Below are positions 55,451 through 64,000 of a stretch of DNA of 64,000 nt, piece by piece. Within the stretch, counting starts at the first letter, position 1. Each line of letters begins with the position of its first letter. The stretch is from a bacterium (GTDB lineage: Bacteria > Patescibacteriota > Microgenomatia > Curtissbacterales > GWA2-41-24). The DNA is taken from contig JAKALT010000001.1 in the NCBI GenBank assembly GCA_021813125.1, positions 64,023-128,022 on the forward strand. Direction: 5' to 3'. Both the position numbers and the translations under genes were made by a program. The notes beneath the pieces were generated by a model. It was not told the DNA's origin, ran no database searches, and was given only the letters and a program-made list of their open reading frames with translations.

Positions 55451-56341
55451 ATGGAACTTTTGGCAAGTGCATCGTTTATTGCATCATTTTTCGCAGGAGT
55501 CGCCGCTCTTTTTGCTCCATGCTGCGTTACCGTGCTTTTACCCACGTATTTTGCCTCAATTTTCAAGCTCAAATCTACGGTGTTTTTAATGACCTTTATT
55601 TATTTTTTAGGCTTACTGGTTGTATTTTTACCAATAGGGCTGGGAGCTTCTGCCTTAACCCAAATCTTTAGCGCTTACCATAATTACATTTTTACATTTG
55701 GGGCTATATTTCTGATCCTTCTTGGTTTAACTTTAGTTTCTGGTTTTCAATTTTCCTTGCCTGCAATTGTTCATCCGCAGTTAAAAAAAACAGGTTTTCT
55801 TTCAATTTTCACTTTAGGTATATTTTCCGGAATTGCCACAACTTGCTGTGCCCCGGTTTTGGCAGGGGTATTAACTTTGGCAGCAATGCCGGGATCATTC
55901 CTATTGGGCGGTATCTACACTTTAGCTTACGTACTTGGAATGGTAATCCCGCTTTTTATCATAAGTGCCTTTTTGGACCAGAAAAAATTCACCCAAAGGT
56001 TTTTTGTTTTCAGAAAAACCGTTTCATACAGTCTTTTTGGCAAAAAGATACGTTTGACCCTTTCCAATCTTTTTTCCGGAATTATGTTTCTGGTCTTAGG
56101 TTTTTTTATCTCTTATTTGGCCCTTACAAATAACCTTATCACCCACGCATCTTACCAGGTAAGTTTAAATATTTACTTAACAGAGGTAATCGATTTTGTC
56201 GGAAAGTACACCAAGATTTTCCCTGAATGGGTCTGGGCAATAATATTCTTTCTGTTTTTCCTTGGAATTTGCATCAAAGCTTTTTCTGAGCTAATAAAAC
56301 AAAAATCCAATTCCCGGAAAGAGGGTGATGACAGTAAATGA
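55451..56341 (+). CDS. ccdA: CcdA/DsbD-type thiol-disulfide membrane transporter
   Basis: FAPCC..LLP.Y and TTCCAPVL motifs in TM helices. Confidence 0.85.
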   Translation: MELLASASFIASFFAGVAALFAPCCVTVLLPTYFASIFKLKSTVFLMTFIYFLGLLVVFLPIGLGASALTQIFSAYHNYIFTFGAIFLILLGLTLVSGFQFSLPAIVHPQLKKTGFLSIFTLGIFSGIATTCCAPVLAGVLTLAAMPGSFLLGGIYTLAYVLGMVIPLFIISAFLDQKKFTQRFFVFRKTVSYSLFGKKIRLTLSNLFSGIMFLVLGFFISYLALTNNLITHASYQVSLNIYLTEVIDFVGKYTKIFPEWVWAIIFFLFFLGICIKAFSELIKQKSNSRKEGDDSK

Positions 56342-56961
56342 AAAAACAAAAACTTGTTGTTATTTTGGCGATTTTAAGCTTTGTATTAGTTGTCGTAGGC
56401 GCGTCTATACTCTTATCCAAAAATCAGGGTCAGCAAAACGCAAACTCACAGGATCATCACATGGGTCAGCTTAAAGAATCGGAAGAAAAGCTTAATGCCT
56501 TAGTTGGGAAAAATGCGCCGGACTTCACTTTATACAGCTATGACAATAAAAAAGTAACCCTTTCGGAATATAAAGGTAAAAAAGTAGTTCTGTTTTTCAC
56601 AGAAGGAGTGATGTGTTATCCGGCTTGCTGGAATCAAATTGCCGCCTTCGGCAAAGACGACATATTTAAAAAGGAAGACACAGCTGTCTTAACAGTTGTT
56701 GTTGACACAAAAGGAGAATGGGACAGGGCAGTTAAAAAGATGCCTGAACTCTTATCATCGGAGGTCCTTTTTGATGCCTCAAAACAAGTATCAGAAGAAT
56801 ACGGCGTTCTTGCACTCCCTTCGTCAATGCATAAAGGTCAATTCCCTGGCCATACTTATCTCGTATTGGATAAGGAAGGGATCGTCAAATACGTATATGA
56901 TGACCCGGCAATGGCGGTAAGAAACAACGAGCTAAAGGCAGAATTGGAAAAACTAGATTAA
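56338..56961 (+). CDS. Membrane-anchored AhpC/TSA (peroxiredoxin/redoxin-like) protein
   Basis: APDFTL..LSEYKGKKVVLFF, CYPAC, DKEGIV. Confidence 0.82.
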   Translation: MKKQKLVVILAILSFVLVVVGASILLSKNQGQQNANSQDHHMGQLKESEEKLNALVGKNAPDFTLYSYDNKKVTLSEYKGKKVVLFFTEGVMCYPACWNQIAAFGKDDIFKKEDTAVLTVVVDTKGEWDRAVKKMPELLSSEVLFDASKQVSEEYGVLALPSSMHKGQFPGHTYLVLDKEGIVKYVYDDPAMAVRNNELKAELEKLD

Positions 56962-57404
56962 TATTCAACAGCAAACGGTTCTCCAAGGCTGCTAAACTCG
57001 CCTATTGTAAGCTGGTGTTTCCAAAACGGCGGATTGCCAAACTCACCGTCCCTCTTGCTTTGAAAATTACCACAAACTCTTCCTAAAACAGATTTTGTAA
57101 CCGTATTTGAAGTGTTAAAAATAAAACTATGGCCGATGTTATTTACAAGCCATGCAGACCCCTCGTATCTGCTTCCCGAAACATCTGTTTTTATAAAAGA
57201 GGAGTTGTTTCCCTCAGTCACATATCCTTTGGTACAAACGTTTTTGCCATCGTAAAAACTGGCAAAAGTGATAAGGTTTACAAGCTCGACATTTTCATAA
57301 CCGCGCCTTCCCCAGAAAGTTCCATATCTTTGCCAATTTAAAAGCTCATATGCAACAATTATCGAGATGGCAACTAAAACTATAAGGAGTGAAATGATTT
57401 TCAT
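56958..57404 (-). CDS. Hypothetical exported protein
   Basis: N-terminal TM segment; 148 aa. Confidence 0.65.
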   Translation of the reverse strand: MKIISLLIVLVAISIIVAYELLNWQRYGTFWGRRGYENVELVNLITFASFYDGKNVCTKGYVTEGNNSSFIKTDVSGSRYEGSAWLVNNIGHSFIFNTSNTVTKSVLGRVCGNFQSKRDGEFGNPPFWKHQLTIGEFSSLGEPFAVEY

Positions 57405-57409
57405 TTGCT

Positions 57410-58060
57410 ATGTCTGAAAGTAAGCTAAAATATATCTCAATTCTAATTATAGTACTTATTCCTCTGACAATTGTTTTGTCAAACGTGACTTATTTGGCAA
57501 CAAATTACAATTTTTATATTAAAATTTACCAAAACAAAAATATCTATAGCGATTTCTCGGATGATCAAATTCTTAAATCCGAAACGCAAAATTTATTAGG
57601 TTACTATAGAGGCGAAAATATACTCGATCAAAATTTTTATTCAGATAAGGCAGTAAGGCACTTAAAAGACGTAAGAAGTTTACTCATAATCACAAAATTT
57701 CTAAGTTTTGGCTTCTTAATACTAATTTTAGTACTCTCAACTTTACTTTACTTCAGTAAAGCAAAGAAAAAATTAATTAACGCTTGCTTAAGAGGGTCGT
57801 TAACAGCAGTGGTTTTAACGGCAGCAATCTGCGTCCTTTTATTACTAAGTTTTCAACAGTTGTTTTTAGATTTCCATCTAATCTTTTTCAGGAACAGCGA
57901 CTGGTTGTTTGAACCGACGGACAATTTAATAAGAATGTTTCCTCAAGAATTCTTTATTTCCTTTGCCTTTTATCTTGCAACCAATATAATAGCCTCAGCA
58001 CTTTTTATTTCCCTTTTAGCTTTAATCGTAAAAAAAATAAATGATAAACCCAACATTTAA
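57410..58060 (+). CDS. DUF1461/TIGR01906-type integral membrane protein
   Basis: HLKDVR, FH.IFF..DWLF...D.LIRMFP..FF. Confidence 0.85.
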   Translation: MSESKLKYISILIIVLIPLTIVLSNVTYLATNYNFYIKIYQNKNIYSDFSDDQILKSETQNLLGYYRGENILDQNFYSDKAVRHLKDVRSLLIITKFLSFGFLILILVLSTLLYFSKAKKKLINACLRGSLTAVVLTAAICVLLLLSFQQLFLDFHLIFFRNSDWLFEPTDNLIRMFPQEFFISFAFYLATNIIASALFISLLALIVKKINDKPNI

Positions 58061-58799
58061 TATTGGACCAGTAACTATTCACTACTATGGAATAACCATT
58101 GCATTTGCCACATTTCTCGGATGGGCGCTTGCAAAAAGGAGAGCTCCAAAATACAAAATTCCACAGGAGATATTTGACGAACTGCAAATTTTACTGGTCA
58201 TCGCACTCGCCCTGGTTGGTGCTCGGATTTATCATGTTTTAGATTACTGGAAATACTACAGCCAAAATTTAATTTCGATTTTTTACATTACAAACGGTGG
58301 AATTGGGATTTGGGGAGCACTATTTGGGGGGCTTTTCGGTTTGTATATCTTCACAAAAATTAAAAAAATTCCCCTGCTGGTTGCGCTAGACTTAACAGTA
58401 CCGTCACTGATCTTGGCGCAGGCAATTGGAAGGATTGGGAATTACATAAACCAGGAAGGTTTCGGCCCCCCAACCCGGATGCCATGGGGCGTATATATTG
58501 ACCCGTCAAAACGCCCCACGCAGTATCTTGCCAATTCTTACTTTCACCCGACATTTTTTTACGAAGCTGCAATAGATCTTGCTATCTTTATAGCCCTTAT
58601 CTACTTTGCCAAAAGGACTCAAACATCGGGGAAAGTATTTGCTCTTTACCTCATTTTATATTCGGCAAGCCGTTTCTTTGTCGAATTTTTAAGAATCGAT
58701 ACTTGGACTATTGGAACGATAAAAATTGCTCAAGTCATAGCAATTCTAACTTTCTTTTTTGGACTAAATTTACTAATAAATCGCAAAAAGGCTTCTTGA
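58041..58799 (+). CDS. lgt: Prolipoprotein diacylglyceryl transferase
   Basis: HYYG, GARIYHV, GG..IWG, QAIGRIGN..NQE.FG, HPTFFYE, RFFVEFLR. Confidence 0.95.
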   Translation: MINPTFNIGPVTIHYYGITIAFATFLGWALAKRRAPKYKIPQEIFDELQILLVIALALVGARIYHVLDYWKYYSQNLISIFYITNGGIGIWGALFGGLFGLYIFTKIKKIPLLVALDLTVPSLILAQAIGRIGNYINQEGFGPPTRMPWGVYIDPSKRPTQYLANSYFHPTFFYEAAIDLAIFIALIYFAKRTQTSGKVFALYLILYSASRFFVEFLRIDTWTIGTIKIAQVIAILTFFFGLNLLINRKKAS

Positions 58800-58833
58800 C
58801 ATAAATTAGCACTCATGGTATTCTGTCTGCTAA
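58796..58833 (+). promoter_or_regulatory. lon promoter overlapped by a CIRCE-like inverted repeat
   Basis: TTGACA-N17-TATTCT; TTAGCACTC-N10-GTCTGCTAA versus consensus TTAGCACTC-N9-GAGTGCTAA. Confidence 0.65.
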
Positions 58834-58871
58834 TAAGCGATGCGGTATAATGTTAGTTCGCAAGAGAAAGG

Positions 58872-61289
58872 ATGGCGATATTTTTGGACCAACAAAAACC
58901 TAGACTAAGAAACGAAATACCGATAGTACCTCTAAGAGACACCGTAGTTTTCCCTTCTTCTATGGTTCCGATTACCGTTGGAAGACCGAAGGTGAAATTA
59001 GGCTTGGACAGCGCTTGGGCAAATGACAGGCTGGCTGTTTTTGTTGCCCAGAAAAACCCCAGAATCGAAAATCCGGCCCCGAACGACATATATTCTGTGG
59101 GAACGGTTGGTTTAATCAGAAGGCTTTGGAAAGTTGATAACGAATACAACCTGGCAGTTGAGGGTTTAACACGAGTCTATCTTAAGGAGTTTAGCCAAAT
59201 CGACCCATACGTTGCCGTAAAAGTTGAAGAAATCCCCGAACTTTCCCAAAAAACCGAAGAAACAGAAGCCTTATTCAGAAACACACTGGCCAAAATTAAA
59301 AGGTATGGAGAGCTTGGCGGGGTTCTTACTCTGGAATCGTCAATTCACATCTTTTCGACGGATGATCCTAACCAGTTGGTAAACATTGTTGCGGCTTCAA
59401 TTGACCTTAAAACGGGTGACAAGCAACAGATTCTGGAAATGGTAGACACAAAAGCCAGGCTCCAAAGGCTTTCGGAACTGTTAACACGCGAAATCAGGAT
59501 TTTGGAAATTTCATCTAAAATCGACACCGAAACCCAGGAACGCGTCGGTAAAGTTACCAAGGAAGCTATTTTGCGCGAGAAAATGAAATCAATCGAAAAA
59601 GAATTGGGTGAAGATGAAGACACGAGAGAAATCGCCGAATTCAGGAAGAAAATTCGTGAAGCAGGCATGCCCGATGAAGTTAGAGAAAAAGCCGACAGGG
59701 AACTTTCCCGTCTTGCCAAGATGTCCTCATACAACCCTGAATCTTCGTACATCAGAACCTACCTTGAATGGCTGGTTGACCTTCCTTGGAAAATCAAAGA
59801 CCAGAAAAAGGCCGACGTAGATTTTGCAGCCAAAGTTTTAGACGAAGACCATTACGGTTTGCCAAAAGTTAAGGAGAGAATTCTCGAATATCTTGCAGTC
59901 CATAAATTAGTTGGAAAAATTCGCGGCCCGATTCTCTGTTTTTACGGTCCGCCCGGGGTTGGCAAAACCTCAATTGGCAAATCCATCGCCCGCTCACTAG
60001 GTCGCAAATTTATCCGAGTTTCTCTAGGTGGAATTCATGACGAAGCCGAAATTCGCGGCCACAGAAGAACTTACGTTGGTGCACTTCCGGGAAGAATTAT
60101 CCAGGGTGTTAAAAACGCCGGAACCAAAAACCCTGTTTTTATGCTCGACGAAATTGACAAAATCGGTACGGACTTCCGTGGCGATCCTTCATCAGCACTG
60201 CTTGAAGCCCTAGATCCCGAACAAAATAACCAGTTCTCAGACCACTATCTCGAAGTTCCTTACGACCTCTCCGACGTCATGTTCATAACAACTGCAAATG
60301 TCCTTGACACTATTCCCCCGGCGCTTCGTGACCGCATGGAAATTATAAATTTTGCCGGCTACACAGACGAGGAGAAATTCCAGATCGCCAAGAAGTTTTT
60401 AGTTCCAAAACAAATTGAAGCCCACGGTCTTACCAAAAACAATGTAGAAATTTCAGACGCGGCCGTACGAGATATTGTATCCAAATATACCAGAGAAGCT
60501 GGTGTCCGTGAATTGGAGCGCGAAATAGCGGCAGTACTTCGAAAAGTTGCCAAAAAAGTTGCAGCCAAGGGCAAAGAAAGGAAAATAAAAATTAGCCCCA
60601 AAATGCTGCAGTCATATTTGGGACCTCAGAAATTTACCAAAGCAATCGCTGAAACAAAAGACGAAGTTGGAATGTCCACGGGCCTTGCCGTTACAGGTGC
60701 CGGTGGTGAAATTCTCTTTATAGAAGTCACCCTAATGCCGGGCAAGGGTCAGTTAATTCTCACCGGCCAGTTGGGTGAAGTTATGAAGGAATCGGCACAA
60801 GCTGCGCTGTCTTATGTTAAATCACGTGCCAAAATGCTCGGATTGCCGGAAAACTTTGCGCAAAAAACCGACATCCATATCCATGTACCGGAAGGCGCGG
60901 TTCCCAAAGATGGTCCTTCGGCCGGTATTGCCATAACTACGGCGCTTGTTTCGGCAATCACCAAAATCCCAACCCGAAAAGAAGTTGGCATGACAGGTGA
61001 AGTCACTCTGCGCGGCCGCGTTTTGGAGATTGGTGGCCTAAAAGAAAAAGTTTTAGCTGCTCACAGAGCAGGTATCTCAACGGTAATTTTTCCAAAAGCA
61101 AATAAAAAAGACGTTGATGACATTCCAAAAAACGTGCGACGAGACATGCAATTTATTTTAGCGGAGCACATGGACGAGGTCTTAAAAGTTGCATTAACAA
61201 AAGCACTGCCAAAAGAGAAGTCTTCCGAAAAAGCTTCAAAAGAAAAGAAGACCCCCGAACAATTCCCAATTTCCCAACCGGCTGTTTAA
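58872..61289 (+). CDS. lon: ATP-dependent protease La
   Basis: PLRDTVVFP, GPPGVGKTS, LDEIDK, PKDGPSAG, IGGLKEK. Confidence 0.97.
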   Translation: MAIFLDQQKPRLRNEIPIVPLRDTVVFPSSMVPITVGRPKVKLGLDSAWANDRLAVFVAQKNPRIENPAPNDIYSVGTVGLIRRLWKVDNEYNLAVEGLTRVYLKEFSQIDPYVAVKVEEIPELSQKTEETEALFRNTLAKIKRYGELGGVLTLESSIHIFSTDDPNQLVNIVAASIDLKTGDKQQILEMVDTKARLQRLSELLTREIRILEISSKIDTETQERVGKVTKEAILREKMKSIEKELGEDEDTREIAEFRKKIREAGMPDEVREKADRELSRLAKMSSYNPESSYIRTYLEWLVDLPWKIKDQKKADVDFAAKVLDEDHYGLPKVKERILEYLAVHKLVGKIRGPILCFYGPPGVGKTSIGKSIARSLGRKFIRVSLGGIHDEAEIRGHRRTYVGALPGRIIQGVKNAGTKNPVFMLDEIDKIGTDFRGDPSSALLEALDPEQNNQFSDHYLEVPYDLSDVMFITTANVLDTIPPALRDRMEIINFAGYTDEEKFQIAKKFLVPKQIEAHGLTKNNVEISDAAVRDIVSKYTREAGVRELEREIAAVLRKVAKKVAAKGKERKIKISPKMLQSYLGPQKFTKAIAETKDEVGMSTGLAVTGAGGEILFIEVTLMPGKGQLILTGQLGEVMKESAQAALSYVKSRAKMLGLPENFAQKTDIHIHVPEGAVPKDGPSAGIAITTALVSAITKIPTRKEVGMTGEVTLRGRVLEIGGLKEKVLAAHRAGISTVIFPKANKKDVDDIPKNVRRDMQFILAEHMDEVLKVALTKALPKEKSSEKASKEKKTPEQFPISQPAV

Positions 61290-61344
61290 CTTCCCGGACT
61301 GTTGCAAATTGCCAGAAAAGTTTGTATGATTTCCAACTGTCACT

Positions 61345-63360
61345 GTGAACATATCAAATCTTAACCCAGAACTGGCTCTACCATTCGCGCTTGCCGCTTC
61401 GGTTGCGGCGATTTTGTACGGCGTCATAACTTCTTTTCGAATTATTTCACTGGATTCTGGCACGCCAAAGATGCGCAAAATTGCAGATGCCATTGCAGAA
61501 GGTGCGTCTGCATATCTGACACGGCAGTACTCTGTAATTGCAGCTGTTGCAGTTGTAATTTTTGCGGCTATAACATATCTAATTTCCATCCAAACAGCAA
61601 TCGGTTTTGCAATCGGTGCCATTGCCTCGGGCGCATCGGGTTTTATTGGTATGAACATCTCAGTTCGGGCAAACGTCAGAACCACGGAAGCGGCAAGATC
61701 CGGGCTAGCAAAGGCTCTCGCTGTTGCCTTCTCGGGTGGGTCCGTAACAGGCATGCTTGTTGTTGGTCTAGCACTTCTTTCTGTAGCCGGTTATTACGGC
61801 GCAACAGGGGATGTACAGGGCTTGGTAGGACTTGGTTTTGGTGGATCTTTAATCTCAATTTTTGCAAGACTCGGCGGCGGTATTTACACCAAAGGCGCGG
61901 ATGTAGGCGCGGATTTAGTTGGTAAAACCGAAGCCGGTATTCCCGAAGATGATCCGAGAAACCCGGCTGTTATTGCAGATAATGTTGGTGACAACGTCGG
62001 CGATTGTGCCGGAATGGCTGCCGATTTGTTTGAAACCTATGCTGTCACCGTTGTTGCAGCAATGCTTTTGGGATCTTTAATCTTTCCAAACTCCTTAAGC
62101 GCTATTTTGTACCCTATCGCCCTTGGAGGGGTAGCCATTGTTGCCTCAATAATTGCCACCTTCTTTGTTAAATTACCCAAAAACAAAAGTATTATGGGTG
62201 CCCTTTACGTCGGCTTGATTGTCGCTGCAGCTCTTTCTGCTCTTGGTTTTTACCCGGCAACAGTCATAATGATGAACGCAAACGGCCTTTATAACCCGAT
62301 CAACCTTTATTTTTCATCATTAGTAGGTATTTTGGTTACTATTTTTATAGTTCTTATTACCGAATATTACACTGCAACCAAATTCGGCCCGGTCAAAGGA
62401 ATAGCTAAAGCTTCAACCACGGGCCATGCCACAAATATTATTGCCGGTCTTGCAACCGGAATGAGATCAACTTTTTGGCCAATTATCGTCATTTGCGGCG
62501 GCATCTTAGTAGCATTTTCGCTGGCTGGTCTTTACGGAATTGCAGTTGCTGCGGTTTCGCTCCTTTCTTTAACCGGAATTGTTGTAGCAATAGATGCATA
62601 TGGTCCGATAACAGATAACGCTGGAGGAATTGCCGAAATGGCTAATTTGCCCAAAGAAATCCGCGATGTAACAGATCCGCTGGATGCGGTTGGGAATACC
62701 ACAAAAGCAGTCACAAAAGGCTACGCAATCGCGTCAGCTGCCCTGGCAGCACTAGTGCTTTTTTCTGCTTACTCGCAGGAGTTGGTTGCAAAAGGTGCGT
62801 CGGTTGAATTTTCACTGGCCGACCCCAAGGTATTAATAGGTCTTTTTGTCGGGGCATCTTTGCCCTTTCTGTTTGCATCTTTTGCGCTGGAAGCTGTTCA
62901 AGCTGCAGGCGGCGCGGTTGTGGAAGAGGTCAGAAGACAGTTTAAAGAAATACCTGGAATTTTGCAGGGTAAAAGTAAGCCTCAGTATGACAAGGCGGTC
63001 GATATTGTAACCAAAAAGGCCCTTAAACTTATGATTGTTCCCGCTGTTATTCCTGTTGTCGCCCCGATTGTTGTCGGAATTGCTCTCGGCCCCAAAGCCT
63101 TAGGTGGGCTTTTAATAGGAACCGTAGTTTCCGGAGTCTTCGTGGCAATTTCTATGACAACGGGAGGTGCAGCCTGGGATAATGCCAAAAAATACATCGA
63201 AACCGGCGAATTTGGCGGAAAAGGTTCCGATGCCCACAAAGCAGCAGTTACAGGGGATACAGTAGGGGATCCATACAAAGATACCGCAGGCCCGGCAATA
63301 AATCCGATGATCAAAATCATCAATATCGTTGCGTTACTGCTTATCCCGTTCTTGATTTAG
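61345..63360 (+). CDS. hppA: Membrane-bound H+-translocating pyrophosphatase, K+-independent type
   Basis: [25 protein letters not shown] (Lys variant), [10 protein letters not shown]. Confidence 0.95.
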   Translation: MNISNLNPELALPFALAASVAAILYGVITSFRIISLDSGTPKMRKIADAIAEGASAYLTRQYSVIAAVAVVIFAAITYLISIQTAIGFAIGAIASGASGFIGMNISVRANVRTTEAARSGLAKALAVAFSGGSVTGMLVVGLALLSVAGYYGATGDVQGLVGLGFGGSLISIFARLGGGIYTKGADVGADLVGKTEAGIPEDDPRNPAVIADNVGDNVGDCAGMAADLFETYAVTVVAAMLLGSLIFPNSLSAILYPIALGGVAIVASIIATFFVKLPKNKSIMGALYVGLIVAAALSALGFYPATVIMMNANGLYNPINLYFSSLVGILVTIFIVLITEYYTATKFGPVKGIAKASTTGHATNIIAGLATGMRSTFWPIIVICGGILVAFSLAGLYGIAVAAVSLLSLTGIVVAIDAYGPITDNAGGIAEMANLPKEIRDVTDPLDAVGNTTKAVTKGYAIASAALAALVLFSAYSQELVAKGASVEFSLADPKVLIGLFVGASLPFLFASFALEAVQAAGGAVVEEVRRQFKEIPGILQGKSKPQYDKAVDIVTKKALKLMIVPAVIPVVAPIVVGIALGPKALGGLLIGTVVSGVFVAISMTTGGAAWDNAKKYIETGEFGGKGSDAHKAAVTGDTVGDPYKDTAGPAINPMIKIINIVALLLIPFLI

Positions 63361-63364
63361 AAAG

Positions 63365-64000
63365 CTAATATATAATTCTTCGAGGTTTGTAAGTAGTAGT
63401 TGCTTCAGGTGGTGTTGGTTCTGGGGTTGGCTCTGCAATCATGTCAGCGCCACTACTTGCTTCAATAGTTTTTGTAATCTCAAACCGGTTTTTTACTCCT
63501 AGTTTGATTTTATCAATCTCCAGCACTAAATCCTTAAACGAATCTACTGCCTGCGAAAAGTTCTCTTCAAAAGCCGGATCACTCTCCGGGCGCATCGCGT
63601 AAATCGTAAAAAGAAGCCTTTCCTGAAATCTTAGTGCATCTGCCATAGCCGAAACTGTTGGCTCAACCGCCTGGTTTTGAGCTCTGGATTTTTCAATCTG
63701 CGAAATTACGTTTTCATTACGTTTGGCATACCTGCTTAAATTAAAACTCGCTCTTTTCCCATCACCCCTCTTTAAAAGTAAGTATGATTCCTTTAACCTT
63801 TTCCCCGAAACGGCAAAATCAAATTTAGAACGCTCTACAGCTGAAGGTTGAAAAAATCTACTAACCGACTCCTTTATCAAAATAAAAAAGTATAAAGGGT
63901 TCCCAGGCAAAAACCTCACCGGCACTGTTGCCTGCAAGGCCTCCATAACTTCACCATTAGTAGGTTTTGGAAAGTCGAAATTTTTAGCGGCAAAAACTGG
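63365..64000 (-). CDS. DUF5667-like exported helical protein (5'-truncated by window edge)
   Basis: LPGNPLYFF..IKE, KRLKE; frame is open to the window end. Confidence 0.7.
   Translation of the reverse strand, partial: PVFAAKNFDFPKPTNGEVMEALQATVPVRFLPGNPLYFFILIKESVSRFFQPSAVERSKFDFAVSGKRLKESYLLLKRGDGKRASFNLSRYAKRNENVISQIEKSRAQNQAVEPTVSAMADALRFQERLLFTIYAMRPESDPAFEENFSQAVDSFKDLVLEIDKIKLGVKNRFEITKTIEASSGADMIAEPTPEPTPPEATTTYKPRRIIY

Noticed and set aside
55243-55572. Minus-strand 109-aa ORF
   Set aside because: Overlaps copB, the YHS gene and ccdA on the opposite strand; shadow ORF, like most short antisense ORFs in the track

Overview
A gene-dense bacterial chromosomal segment. The short GAD-less AspRS, compact GluRS, split transketolase, class II RNR, H+-PPase and many orphan genes suggest a Patescibacteria/CPR (Microgenomates-like) genome; this assignment is inference. 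Housekeeping genes include secDF, cca, recJ, aspS, gltX, nrdR-nrdJ, lgt, lon, hppA and tRNA-Gln(CTG). Accessory blocks are a six-gene DapL-type lysine/DAP operon with no dapF, a partial riboflavin set (ribA, ribH, kinase-only ribF, ribE), a tkt/glycerate kinase/FAD-oxidase operon, a CsoR-regulated copper cluster, and a small AT-rich islet after tRNA-Gln (wHTH-PRTase, HEPN-like gene). Four observations stand out. (1) A PIG-L deacetylase is coupled to a CysRS paralogue with MshC signatures and no anticodon-binding domain, a candidate mycothiol-like thiol system outside Actinobacteria. (2) A leaderless Leu/Val/Ile-rich leader-peptide attenuator precedes a methyltransferase frameshifted at a G8 tract and two small unknown peptides. 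(3) A ~47-bp palindromic repeat family has six copies, two inserted in-frame in proteins. (4) Leaderless promoter architecture is pervasive. Several likely small genes absent from the ORF track were found. All calls come from reading motifs by eye; no searches were run.
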